Both the position numbers and the translations under genes were made by a program. From assembly GCA_030704615.1 (NCBI GenBank), contig CM060734.1:53320001-53384000 (forward strand): a stretch of 64,000 nt of DNA, read 5' to 3'. A model generated the notes under the pieces. That model searched no databases and had not been told where the DNA came from. It was given only the letters and a program-made list of their open reading frames with translations. The DNA is from Takakia lepidozioides (Eukaryota; Plantae; Bryophyta). Positions 25,948 through 38,861 of the stretch are shown here, in pieces. Numbering within the stretch: position 1 is the stretch's first letter; each line of letters starts with the position of its first letter.

Positions 25948-27642
25948 TCATCTGTTCGACTCTGCGGGCAAAGGCCTGTTGAAGCCACCTGCAAAGAAAA
26001 ATGATATATTTCAATTGAAGCCCATGTGACCAAAATTACCATATGACTATGTATTGACAGAGACATCCATGCCTTACAGGTCCCACTTGCAATGTGAACA
26101 CATGAAACCCTCAAGAGATGCCCCTTTGGAGACCCCTGTACACTGGGGCATGTGTTGCTGGAACCTCCAGTGCAACCTCCCAGAGACTACAAGATTTGAA
26201 CCACAATGAAAGGTTGAACCACAAAAGGTGCACTCAACGAAAGAAAGATATGGAGGGAATAGGCACCTCTTCTATTCATATATTGCCTTGGCTGACGCTT
26301 TGTGGTTAGCTTGACAGCACTATGATTAGCATCTCCAACATACTTCCCCTGCAATTGATACAGCACAACCAGAAAATGCATGAGACTACATCCATGGTTC
26401 AGAAAGAAGGAATCCAGCACACAAGGGAAATCCTAGGGTAGAACAGGGTACAGCCATAGGGAAAAATGAAACAGTTAATATTGCTATGGGCATCAGAACT
26501 GGACAGTACAGCAGAACAAGTCAGGTGCTTACATTGCATGATGGAGAACCTACAAGGCTTTGCAGGTGCGATTTTGTTAAGGGCATGTAGAGTGACCAAG
26601 AGAGAAAGAGAAGACCACATTATAGCTTACTTTTGTGCTATTAAAGCCAGTTGGTATTCCCAGTTTTTTCATAACCTCCTCATCGTTCTCCTGAACAAGA
26701 GGCATAGAGGACGGAGGACCCTCCCCTCGTTGCTCACTGGCAATCCCATCCACAAACTCCGCAACAATGGCTGCTCGCTGTCCTTCTAAGCCGTTCACCG
26801 CATCTCCTTTTTCTCTCTTATCTGCAGCCTTCCTATCTCCTCTTTCTCTCCTCTCACCCTCCGACCCATTCCAGCCTCTGTCTCTGCTTCTCTCACGAGT
26901 TCTGCCCTCCCTCCTATCATCTGACTTGTGAGGGCGATCTCCATGGCGATCGAACGGGGAGGCTGATCGGCGATGCCGATCATTGAAAGGAGACCTGGAG
27001 CGCGAGCGCAGCCGCCTTTTATCTCTTTCCCTGTCCTTATCTCTGTCTCTCTCCCACTCTCTATCCTTGTCCTTATCCTTTTCTCTATCCCGTTCTCTGT
27101 CACGATCGCGTTCTCTCTCTCTCTCACGGTCTGTGCCCCGGTCGCGCTCCCGGTCGCGCTCCCGCCTCCTATCCACTGACAGACGAGAATGCACGCACAA
27201 ATCTCATGCCCAAAACACACACATGCAAAGGAAAGATCTTCCGCCTGAGAAGAGGAGAAATAGCTGCACACATAGCAAAAATGGTTCCCCCCGAAACCCT
27301 CATTTCTACGCTCTTTTTGATATAGATCCTTCAGTAAAGTCCGATTTCCCGGGTTAGAAGGCAGCAACCTGCAGGCAATTACATTTTATACTCCTTCTAC
27401 AATGCACATCCCACGACACACATAATTTTCCCCACGAGACGCGACACATAAACACCACATTGGTATCATCTTTGATATGTTTCACATTGGAATCCTAATA
27501 TTACAAGCCAGAATTTACACTGAACCAATCGCATGGTCTCCTCTTTAGGGTTTCTGCAGCGTTCCAAAAATTACAAAAGAAGCGAAACAGACACAGAACT
27601 GTTGTCATAGCGGAAAGGAAGCGAGAAAGAGGATGACTTACT
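25948..27642 (-). CDS. SNRNP27: U4/U6.U5 snRNP 27 kDa protein. Coding exons: 27642 (1 nt), 27175-26631, 26348-26267, 25988-25948
   Basis: RD/RE/RS-rich N-terminus followed by the conserved EEVMKKLGIPTGFNSTK|GKYV...TKRQPRQYMNRRG|GFNRPLPAE. The ATG is inferred to be formed by splicing (A|TG). Confidence 0.9.
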
Positions 27643-27938
27643 GCAGATAGACAGGTGCGTGAGCTTGTGCGGGCAAGGCTGTCGTGCAACACACTGCGGA
27701 CAAACGAAGAAGACGACCCTGCGCTAAGCCTATGAAACCTATCCTCATCGACAGTATTCGTTCCGACCATAATCCATGTCGAGTTCGCTGTTTGACCGGC
27801 AGATGACTATAGCTGAAATGGATGGATACGGATGGATGTCGATGTGGATGGATGGTGGAATGGACGAGTATTGGCACGTGTGAATGAAAGGTGATAAGTC
27901 GTCTCTCTCTCGCTATCTCTGTTTGAGAAGTGAGAGCT
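27643..27938. promoter_or_regulatory. Short bidirectional promoter / 5' UTR region between SNRNP27 (-) and the fibrillin gene (+); G-box CACGTG at ~27875
   Basis: The divergent start codons are only ~300 bp apart. Confidence 0.6.
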
Positions 27939-30900
27939 ATGGCAGGCTTGCTGGGGGGGCATGCAACTGAGCTGCTGGGTGGGATTGTGAATGTGGGCCG
28001 TGTCCAGAAGCAGATCAGAATCACAGGCTGCCCTTTTAGTCTCATCTCTTCTGGTTTCCCAAGTTCTCAGGGGCTTGAGAGGACTGTGTTAAGGAGAAGA
28101 GGTGCACTTGATGGAGACAGGCAAGCTGTCGGAAGAGACAGAGGAGGAGGAGCGAATTTGTGCATTTGGGATTTACGAAAGGGCTTTTCAAATTCAGAAT
28201 TATGTAGAATTCGTGCCTACACTTCTACAGTAGCTGAGGTACCTTCCTGTTCCTCCCCTACAATCTGCCAATGCTGATGTTGATGTGGATATGTGTGTAA
28301 AGTGCGAAACATGTTTGAATTGCGAGCACATTCCCTGATGGATTCTGTCCTTTCATGTGCCTGTCCAACACTTCTTTCCATGTAAAACTGCGCACGTCTG
28401 TACAATGGGGTCACTGGATTAATGTCGAGCAGAGAAACAGAAAAGGGTAATCTCATCACGGGGAACGGCTTCTACCAATCTTAGGAAGCGGGTGCGATCA
28501 TACCCAGATAACGGCAGTGAGAAAAGCGGGATGGGAGGGGCCGAGTGCAGACGGAGCAGGAGCAGGAGCTGGAGAAAGCCAAATTTAACCTGTTACAATC
28601 AGTGTTGGCCACGAAGCGTGGCTCTCGGGCTTCTGAGGATCAACGTGGCATCATTGAAGAGGCCATGGTGGACTTTACTGACCGCATTTACACTGGCTCT
28701 TTGTCTGTGATCACACACTGCTGGTCTTGCAAGGAGCAAAAATGATGGGTGGGTGGTAGCAACGTGTATTTTCTGGACAAGTTAGTCACATGCCGTACTG
28801 TTTGTTATTACAAGTAGTGATTGTGTGGCAGCCATATCACAATTTAAAGTCAGCAGATCTCCTCTCCATAAGGATTGTCGAATGATCAGGCAAGTTGGGG
28901 TGCTGAGTCAGATTTTACACATATTTTTGGCCGGTGGCCCTTTGATCTGGTCCCTTGGGCACTAAGGGAAATTGGGTCCGGTAACTAGTGTAGAGACACC
29001 GGATGCCCTTTGATATTTACTCACGACAAACAGGCTAACATATATGAGAAAGCCAGGTGGCCGTGGAGAAGTACAATGCAGGCACAGCGCTGGAGCTTGA
29101 CCAGCTTCATGGCACCTGGCTGCTGCAGTACACCTCTGCCCCTGATGTCACTTCCCTCCTACAAGCTACTGAGCTGCCTTTCCTCCAGGTTCTGGAATCT
29201 TGTCCATGTCAAACCATGATTAAGTAATGAGGGATTGTGGGAAGAGAGAAAGGGGAGAGAGAGATTGTACTCATAAGACATTGTTTGCCGTAGCCTTGTG
29301 GCCATTGACCCCGCGCCCAGTTTGAACGGAACATAAAGGGACAGAAACTACCTTTGTCAGGGGCTGACGCCGGTAGTATGATTTACCTTGGAATAAACAG
29401 TTGATCCAAGATTTCCAGATATCCTCCAAAAATCCCTTCACACAAGCATCAATCTGATGTGTGTGATTTGCCCAACCAAAAGGGCCTGGGCTTTTGGCTC
29501 AGCCTCAAGATTTTCAAAGTTGTTAAACAGAGGTACAGGCACAATTTCCTTGATGGAATTGAAGAGGGTGTCCCGTTGGTGAGAGTACCCAGGACAATGA
29601 ATCAGGAAGTGAATGTTGTCTTCAGGTTGCCCACACAATGGGCACTTACAATCCCCCTTTCCTCTCTGCGACTGTTTGTTGTTCAAAGGTAGGCTACCCG
29701 CCCTGAGTTTGAATTTCAGACTAGTGCCGAGGGTGGGTAGACCCATGAGGTCATCCATGATGGCCTCACCCATGTCACAGACTGGAAACAGGTTCAGGGA
29801 AGTTTTCTGCCTAACTTCATTTTCTTCAGACAATTTCCTGGCAATAGACATGGCTTCGGAAACTTCAGCTTCTAAGCCAGATTTATCCAGCAGGGTCATG
29901 GCTAGAGGACTAAGATTCAGATTCTTGAAAATCTCTTCTACCCTTTTCCGCCAGGATTTAGCCTGTTTGACAGGGCGGTCCTGCTTCCAAGCTATAGAGT
30001 CGATTAACTTAGGATATCCGGTATTAGCCATACGTTGCAGCTGACCCCACCATCTGATTTTGAATTCATCGTGTCGGGAGCTTAAGGGAGGAATGCCAAA
30101 CCCACCCTGAACATCCACATTAGCTGTTTTGGAGCATGCTGACATGCACTCCTTGAGCACCCCGACTTGGATGGATTCAAGAGACTTAGCCTGGTTGGAG
30201 TTATCAACCCATACAGCAGATGCATACTCCAAGGCCGGCCTGATAACGCGGCAAAGCATGGTTTTTTTGACTTCAGAGTTGATCCCTCTGCAGTGGAAAA
30301 ATTTAGTGAGACCCAGCGCTTTGCGTTTGCCAGATTGAACCACTCTTTGAATATGTGCTTCCCAATTACAGTTGGAAGAAAACTCAACGCCAAGATAGGT
30401 GTAGGAGGGGAGAACAGCGATCCACTTCCCCACTGCCACTTGAGATCGCCTCCTCCTTCCCCCCGGTCGTTGAATGCCACCACTGTGCATTTACTGACAT
30501 TGGCCTCTAGCCCCGAAAGATCAAAATATCTCTTCGCGCAATCTATCAGCCCCTGGAGGTTGGAAGGAGTCTCCCCTATGCCTGCGAAGTCATCCGCAAA
30601 CATAAGGGCTGGTATGGTGGCATCACCCACCCTTAACCCAAATCCCTCACTTTCCACATCCTCCAGTAGTTGATTGATGAAAACATTGGAGAGCAGAGGG
30701 GAGAGGGTACATCCTTGAGCTACACCTTGGTCTATGTCAAAGAAAGTAGACTTCTGTCCATTAACAGTGACACAGCTTTTAGTGTGAGCATACAAGTTAT
30801 GGACCACTCTCCACATCTTTCCCTTGATCCCGGAAGACCAGAGTCGGAGCCATAGACCGTCTCTCCACACAGTGTCATAGGCCTTTTTGACATCCAGGAA

Positions 30901-33900
30901 AAAGACAAAAGTAGGTTTCCCTTCTTTTTTCCTTCCCTGGATAATCTGGCTGAGTGTGAAGATATGATCCACGCAGCCCCTGTTTCGCCGAAAGCCAGCT
31001 TGGCCTTCATGGAAACAACCTCTGGACTCCAGATCAACCTCGAGACGAGTACTTATAACTCTGCAGAATATCTTGCCAATTGCATTAAGAAGCGTGATGC
31101 CCCGATAGTTACCCGGCTCTTCTCTGTCACCTTTCTTATATAAATTGACAATGACCCCCTGCCGCCAGCGAAAGGGGGTAATTTCAGTCCTCCATATAAG
31201 GTTAAAGAGAAGAACAAGGGCCTCTATCATAGGGTCACATCATAAGCTCATTGACAATGCCATCAGGGCCACCAGCTTTGTATCCGTTTAGATGCTCAAT
31301 TGCTTCCGCAATCTCAGAGGAACTAATGGGAGCGTTATAACCCTTTGAAATATACTCCAGTTCATCAGGGCTGTCTTGAATCATAGTTCTTTCTACTGTG
31401 TCATTCCATTCTTCAGAAAACCCCTCGCTGCTAGAACTAGAATTTCTGCCAAGTGTACTGTAGTGGGTTTCAAAGGTGTTGACAATGTCAGCCGTTGAAG
31501 TCACCACTGCACCCTTAGGGGTCCTCAGCGCTTGTACTTGCTGACAATTTTTCGGCTTGTACAGACGTTGAAGGGCCAACCAGAATTTCTTGTCATTACC
31601 ACCGTGGTGGTTTGAGTTTATTTCCCCGTATAACTTATCCCAATATAGTTTCTTCTGAGACCTTACAAGCTGATTGATATCTTTGCGGAGCTGGTAGTAC
31701 CTAACCCAAAGGTCATTATTGACTTTCATTCTGCAGCACTCTCATTGGTCCACCAGTTAACAGCTCTACCGCACACAATTAGTTTCCTCCCAATGATCTT
31801 TTCAGCCACAGAAGAGACGAAACTCTCCCAAGAGTCCACCGCTCTTTTGACTTCATTTCTTGCATTGCCAGCGCAAGATTGAAGGTCTTGGAGCGAATGG
31901 ACAAAGTTGGGCAGAGCCTCTTGCAAGGCCTGGACATACTCAGCCTTGACCTCTTCATTTTGGAATTTTTCAATGCGCCACTTCTGGATCGAACGTTTCA
32001 CAGATCTCTTGGTGTTGGGGAAACACCTTTTGATCTCAGTCCAAACCAGAAAGTGGTTAGAGGTACCAATATCAGTTCTGTCAATTAACACATTGGCACA
32101 CTGGGGAAACAGATTCTTGTCCACTATGATATAATCCACAATGGATCGTTCCCCAGTTTGGGCTTTCTCACGGGTCCACTGCATCGGGTCACCTTTTGAC
32201 CTATTGTTCAGGGTCGAAAGCTGAAGCTCTTCCAGACAGTTAATTAACCGTCTTCCATTAGAGTTCAGCTCGTCCTCACCAAAAGGTCCGATGATATCAT
32301 CCTGGTGAAGACCTTTACCCACCCGGGCATTGAAGTCACCCAATAAGACCACCTGATCCTTGGCAAGGAACTTAGCACAGTCCAGCTTTACGTCTTCGAA
32401 GGCTTTATCTGCGTCAGCACCAAGTAGCCTTGTAGCCATTGACATGCACATGTGGGTTCTTGCAGCCATAAGTCTGAAGCGTTGAGTTTTGTTTTTGTAA
32501 AATTGCTTTGACCTCTACAGAAAGCCTGGATGTAGAAATTTTCAAGAATGCGGGTGGATCAGGTTGGACAAGTATACCAAAGGTTTGACTGCCGTGGAAA
32601 AACTGATGGTGGGAGCGTTCAAAACATTGTCCGATGGAGTATTTCAGGCCTCTTGCAGGTAATTGCTGTTCTTCAAGGACTAGCATGCTGTTTATACTGA
32701 AATGTGGCCCCCAGATCAGAGCGTTGTTTTGCCCCATAGCTTTTAAAGTTCTGTAGCTATCAATCTAGAATGGTGAAAGTGGATTACCACGCAGCACAAT
32801 TTGACTTTTGCAATGAGCTTCTGAGATATTTTCTGTGGATGCTCGTGACTTCCAGTTTTGACATCAACTTTTGCCACATACTTCATATGAGCCTATAGGT
32901 GGGCCGGCCGTTGTTATACTGATTCCCAACGTGCCTCAGGATTTGTTGACTGATATTATAGTGATGCCTGGGCTGTAGGCTGTAACCCATCATGGTCATA
33001 TGGGTCTTCTCTTGCTTGAATCATTTTGTGTCAGTCCCCTGGCTGACCAAACCTACTCTCCCCTTAGATGAATTTCCCTTCCTCTTAACCACAATCCTTG
33101 GTCCGTGTTCGGGATTGAACTTGCAGGCTAGCTGCTGCTGATGAATAGGGTTGCTATGGTGCTAAGATTCAAATTGCTGTCATGCGCCTCTCTTACTACT
33201 TGCCTGTCAGGATTTGGTCTTTAGTTCTAGCAGAGTCTATTGATCAAGTATAGCTCCTTTAGTTCTGTTTATATGTATACATTATGCTACTATGGCGAGA
33301 GTGCATATGATGCATTGCTGGTCAGATTGAAACTGCTGTGCAAGTTAGCTAAGCTCTAAAAATTGTGACTCGTCAGTTGTACTAATTTGCAGTATATATA
33401 TTACTACTGGTGCAGGAGACTGAGGGAGCAACACTCACTGTGACAGCCCAGTTCTTTGTTGCGAGCCCACGCAGCATAGTTCTCCTTTTTGAAGAGGTAT
33501 GTCGAGCTAGATATGACTATTCTTTGTGCCTATACAGTTGACAACACACTTGAGAACAAAATCTCTTCCAACTCTGTTTTGGAGAACTTCCACGGTGCAA
33601 GCCTCCTGTATCTGTATTGGCAATCAGTAACTTCTTATGTAGAAGCAAGAGTTTTTGACATTGCGTTGAATCCTCCATTATAGCAATGTTGCAGCAGTTC
33701 TCACTCAACGTTTGTTCCTTTCCATCCCCAGTGTGGGATTCTTGAGAAGGCAATAGCAAGCATAGTACATCGTGGACACATTTCTTTGTGTCTCTCTCTC
33801 TATCACTCACACACACACAGACACAGACACTCTGCTTTCTCTCTCTCTCTATTGTCTGCCCTGTCAAACAGGCTAACTCCTGGCAGAAGAGAGTAGAAGA

Positions 33901-36900
33901 GATTCTCAAGGACCTGGACCTGGATCCGCAAGCCTTGACCCTGCTGGATAAATCTGACTTAGAGGCTGTAGTGTCCTCAGCCATGTCTGTTGCCATGAGA
34001 TTGTCTGATGAAAATGAAGTTAGGCAGAAAACTTCCCTGAACTTGTTTCCAGTCTGTGACATGGGGGAGGACATCTTGGATGACCTCAAGGGTCTACCCA
34101 CTCTCGGCACTAGACTGAAATTTAAACTAAGGGCAGGAAGCCTACCTTTGAACAGCAAACAGAAGCAGAGAGGAAAGGGAGAGTGCAATTGCCTGCTGTG
34201 TGGGCAATCTGAAGACAGTATTCACTTTCTGATACACTGTCCGGGGTTCTCTCACCAAAGAGACGCTCTCTTCAACTCTATCAAGGGAATTGTGCCTGTA
34301 CCCCTGTTTAACAACTTTGAAAGTCTCGAGGCTGAGCCAAAAGCCCAGGCCCTCCTGAGGCCTAGTTTTTGGGCAAATCACACACAGCAGATTGATGCTT
34401 GTGTGAAGGGATTTCTAGAGGATATCTGGAAAACCCGGATTGATTCTATATATGGAGGTAAGTCTTACTACCAACGTCAGCCCCTGACAGAGGTAGGTTC
34501 TGTCCCTTTTGTTCCCGCTCAAACTGGGCGCGGGGTCAATGGCCACAAGGCTACGGCAAACAACGTCTTATGAGTACAATCTATTGTCTGCTTCCCTTTG
34601 TGTTCCGCTCAAACTGGGCGCGGGTCAATGGCCACAAGGCTACGGCAAACAACGTCTTATGAGTACATTCTATTGTCTGCTTTCTCTCCCTGTCCTCTAG
34701 GAAGCCTATTGACATTGGGTGGACTTGAAACTGGAGTACATTAATGTCTCTGTGACTAAATGCCGGCCTTGTGACCTCGTGTTCTTGTTTGTTTCGACCT
34801 GAAGCGCTTTGCTTGAGGTAAGGTAGTGCATTGGATTTAGTTGGAAAGCTTGGGGCCTTTCCCTCTTTAGAATATGCCTACACGGGCCATTCCCTGCAAC
34901 TCCCTGGAGTGTGATCTCTGAATGGTAACAAGCGGACTCCTACCGCTTGGGGGCAGCCCCTCCGCCCAAATTGGGCAGTCGTATGCTCTGTCTAGCATAC
35001 TCGGCGCTTGGGCTCGGGTTGGTTCCTGTGCTTAAACTTATGGCCTGCGAAAACAATCAAAAATTTAGCTCCTATCAACATCAACACTCCTCAGGGTGAT
35101 CCCTGGGAATTGGTTGCTTATGCCAAATGTAGGGCTTCATGTGTAGTTTTTGGGGTGAATCCCAGGATGGACGATGTGTCCTTTAAAACTACATGCTCTA
35201 GCTTAGGCTTGGATTTCATGGCTAATGGTACCATCTCGAGACTTGATAACAGGGGTACGTTGAAGGTTGCAATGACCAAAAGTGCTTCTAGTAGAGTCCT
35301 GCATCAATTCAATCTCAAAGAAGTTCGTCCCTTGACTGGCTGGAGAGCGGTCTTAGACATTGGTGATTCAATGGGGCGCTCTAGGAAGACAACCAAGGGC
35401 AACAACTTCAACTTGAGAGTTTCTAATCGGTTTGATGCTCTGGATGAGGTTGAATCCAAACAGCCAGAAGGACAAGATGCCCCTAAGTGTACGGAACCTG
35501 AACGTCCTGAATCTGAAGGATTTGGTACTCTGAATGGTTTACAACTTGTATGCTCACACCAAAAGCTGTGTCACTGTTAACGGACAGAAGTCCAACTTCT
35601 TTGACATAGACCAAGGTGTAGCTCAAGGATGTACTCTCTCATCAATCAACTCCTCGAGGATGTGGAAAGTGAGGGATTTGGGTTAAGGGTGGGTGATACC
35701 ACCATACCAGCCCTTATGTTTGCGGATGACTTCGAAGGCATAGGGGAGACTCCAACCAATCTCCAGGAGTTGATTGATTGCGCGAAGAGATACTTTGATC
35801 TTTGGGGGCTAGAGGCTAATGTCAGCAAATGTGCAGTGGTAGCATTCAACGACAGAGGAGAGGGAGGAAGTGATCTTAAGTGGCAGTGGGGTAGTCAAGA
35901 GATCCCGGTCCTCCCTTCCTACACTTACCTGGGCGTTGAGTTCTCCTCCAATTGTAATTGGGATGCACATATCCGGAAAGTTGTGCAAAGCTCTGGGGCT
36001 CACTAAATTTTTCCACTGCAGAGGGGTCAACTCTGAGGTTAAGAAAACCATGCTTTGTCGCGTTATTAGACCTGCCTTGGAGTACGGATCTGCTATATGG
36101 GTTGATAACTCCAACCAGGGTAAGTCTCTAGAATCCATTCAAGTGGGGGTGCTTAAGGAGTGTATGTCAGCATGCTCCAAAACAGCCAATGTGGCTGTTC
36201 GGGGTGAGTTTGGCATTCCGTCCTTAAGCTCCCGACGAGATGAATTCAAGGTCAGATGGTGGGGTCAGCTGCAACATATGCCCAACACCAGATATCCTAA
36301 GTTAATCGACTCTATATCTTGGAAACAGGACCGCCCTGTCAAACAGGCTAAGTCCTGGCAGAAGAGAGTAGAAGAGATCCTCAAGGACCTGGACCTGGAT
36401 CCGCAAGTCTTGACCCTGCTGGATAAATCTGACTTAGAGGCTGTAGTGTCCTCAGCCATGTCTGTTGCCATGAGATTGTCTGATGAAAATGAAGTTAGGC
36501 AGAAAACTTCCCTGAACTTGTTTCCAGTCAGTGACATGGGGGAGGACATCTTGGATGACCTCAAGGGTCTACCCACTCTCGGCACTAGACTGAAATTTAA
36601 ACTCAGGGCAGGAAGCCTACCTTTGAACAGCAAACAGAAGCAGAGAGGAAAGGGAGAGTGCAATTGCCCGTTGTGTGGGCAATCTGAAGACAGTATTCAT
36701 TTTCTGATACACTGTCCGGGGTTCTCTCACCAAAGAGACGCTCTCTTCAAATCTATTAAGGGTATTGTGCCTGTACCCCTGTTTACCAACTTTGAAAGTC
36801 TCGAGGCTGAGCCAAAAGCCCAGGCCCTCCTGAGGCCTAGTTTTTGGGCAAATCACACACAGCAGATTGATGCTTGTGTGAAGGGATTTCTAGAGGATAT

Positions 36901-38077
36901 CTGGAAAACCCGGATTGATTCTATATATGGAGGTAAGTCTTACTACCAACGTCAGCCCCTGACAGAGGTAGGTTCTGTCCCTTTTGTTCCCGCTCAAACT
37001 GGGCGCGGGGTCAATGGCCACAAGGCTACGGCAAACAACGTCTTATGAGTACTGCTTTCTTTGGGCTGGTTCTGACATGAGTAAGATGTGCTGGGCAACA
37101 GGCAAGAGTTGGAGAGGTACGTATCAGTGATGTTTTACAGGGGTGGCTGGCACCTGCAGTTTTACCACGAACCTTCTTCAGCATGCAGGTAGATTACACT
37201 GAATTTATGGGAAACGTTGTTTGTTCATGGTTTTAAAGTCAGTGGGGTGGTTACTGTTATGTAGTTGAATTGTCTCCTTTTTTCGGCAAAGCGAACAGAG
37301 GCCCTGTAAATCATATTAAAAAAAGCGAGGTTGTCTCCTCTTGGATTGACTCTCTAATTGATGAGATAGCATTCTTTCTGGTTTGCTTCCTCTTCCTTGA
37401 GGTTTCATCTTGGTGCCTTTGTTTTCATTTACATGTCCATGGCTCTGCCATGTGTATGCAGAGTTATGTATATTTGCATCTCAGGTTCTACAAGGGTTTA
37501 GATCCTGCTTGTTTCACGGAGTTCAGTGTCTTAACTGGAGCACCTGACACACGAGTTATTTCTGAATTTTGCGTAGTGCCAGTGATAGTTGCATGTGTGT
37601 CCTCTTATTCAAGTGAAGGAGAGACTCCTATGGGTCAAACTAGGTGCTAGCAGGTCTGTCTCTCTTTTGGAATTGTTGACGATGCTGCTGTTGTTGGATG
37701 CGTAAGACATAGTGTGGTTCAAGTTGATCCATATCTGCAGGTTTCCTATTTATGATGTCATGCAGGTTCTACAGTTTCTACGCAGCCTGGAGGTGCGTGT
37801 TCCACTGGGTGGACAAGCAATAACAGAAGAATCTCGTAGGAGGTATAATATCTGAAGATGCTTTCTATGATCTGTATGTTTGTGGGAGTTAAAGCAGTTA
37901 TGGTTGTGTCCAAGCATCCTACAATTCTGGTGGCTTTTGTGGTTTTGTAGGGCTCCTATTGGACTGCGCTATTACCTCACGTTTCTGGACAATGACATGC
38001 TTTTGGGACGTGCTCTTGGTAGTGGCGGTATGTTTGTCTTCAGCCGAACACAGCCACTCCAGATTCCACAGTTGTGA
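27939..38077 (+). CDS. Plastid-lipid-associated protein / fibrillin (PAP10/FBN8-like). Exons ~27939-28237, 28551-28667, 29057-29188, 32563-32657, 33416-33496, 37102-37187, 37767-37842, 37951-38077
   Basis: Spliced product includes KRGSRASEDQRGIIEEAM, LHGTWLLQYTSAPDV, VGQVYQRFDC, EGATLTVTAQF, LAPAVLPRTFFSMQ and YYLTFLDNDMLLGRALGSGGMFVFSRTQPL. Introns 3 and 5 carry LINEs. Confidence 0.9.
29264..32423 (-). mobile_element. Non-LTR retrotransposon (APE-RT-CCHC; RTE-X/L2-like), 5'-truncated, frameshifted, older subfamily
   Basis: APE motifs LGDFNARVG, SIVDYIIV, SNHFLV. RT motifs YRGITLL, QAGFR, LDVKKAYDTV, GVAQGCTLSP, FADD. C-terminal CPLCGQPEDNIHFLIHC. The 3' end TTATGAGTACAAT abuts (CT)n. Confidence 0.93.
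33858..34669 (+). mobile_element. 3' fragment of the same LINE (33858-34580) plus a second short tail (34592-34669)
   Basis: Near-identical to the 3' part of 35545-37052. CTATTGTCTGC occurs at 33849, 34581 and 34670, consistent with target-site duplications. Confidence 0.92.
34690..37052 (+). mobile_element. Internally deleted LINE copy: putative 5' UTR and ORF1-like part (35008-35545) joined to the 3' half of RT and the zinc finger
   Basis: ORF1-like segment containing VSNRFDAL. Sequence switches abruptly at ~35545 to RT sequence homologous to 30790. TGCTTTCT occurs on both flanks (34678, 37053). Confidence 0.85.
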
Positions 38078-38861
38078 GTCTGAAGGCTTCAGATGGCAGT
38101 AATAGCCAGTAGGGTGCTTATCTACTTGACAAGCATAGTAGAACTGATAGATCAGTGGAAACTGCTGCTCTAAGTGCATCCTAAGAGTAGAGAAGAGTTG
38201 GGTCTTCTAACCACGTGTCACCAAAGAGCGGTGAAGCTCTGCAAATGATGTCTTGGCCTACACATATATGTAGCATGTACAATGGCCAGCTCTAGTAGTC
38301 TAGAGATCAGGATTTGTGTAGGGTCCCTCTGTACCTTCTTGGGTTACTGCAAAAAGCTTCTATGTCATGGTAAATGGAAATGGATGGTAACATTCAAATC
38401 CATGGATCAAAGTCTGCAGCTGATCATGGTTAGAGTTGACTGGGGGAGGCCGATTTGACCGATAGTTGAATAGTCAGGATGTGTCGCCTGGGATTCTGCA
38501 TGAGCATAGATATTCTTTAACATGAGATCTGCAACCAAAGGGTCAATGCATTGAGTGCCAGCTTGGATTTCACTTTGTCAAGTTGCTGCAAGTTCTTTAC
38601 TGGTGGTTTCACTCAATCTGATCACACTGCAAAAACATTATTCTCCAAGATCACTCTACCAGTTAGTACTAGTTCTTAAGAAGTGGGTACTTGATGAGAA
38701 GCCACTAAGTATTCCTCAAATGGGCTCTCTTGCTTTGGCAAAACATAAGAGGAAGGGAGACTAAGAGAGCATGACTCAGCACAACATACCAATAGGAGCC
38801 TTAAGGTCCTTTGACCACATTTTCTCCATTGACTTCAACATGATGCATAGTCCTCTCTGGG

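Noticed and set aside
26795-27367. Alternative-frame and antisense ORFs over the SNRNP27 RS domain
   Set aside because: By-products of purine-rich RS/RD repeats.
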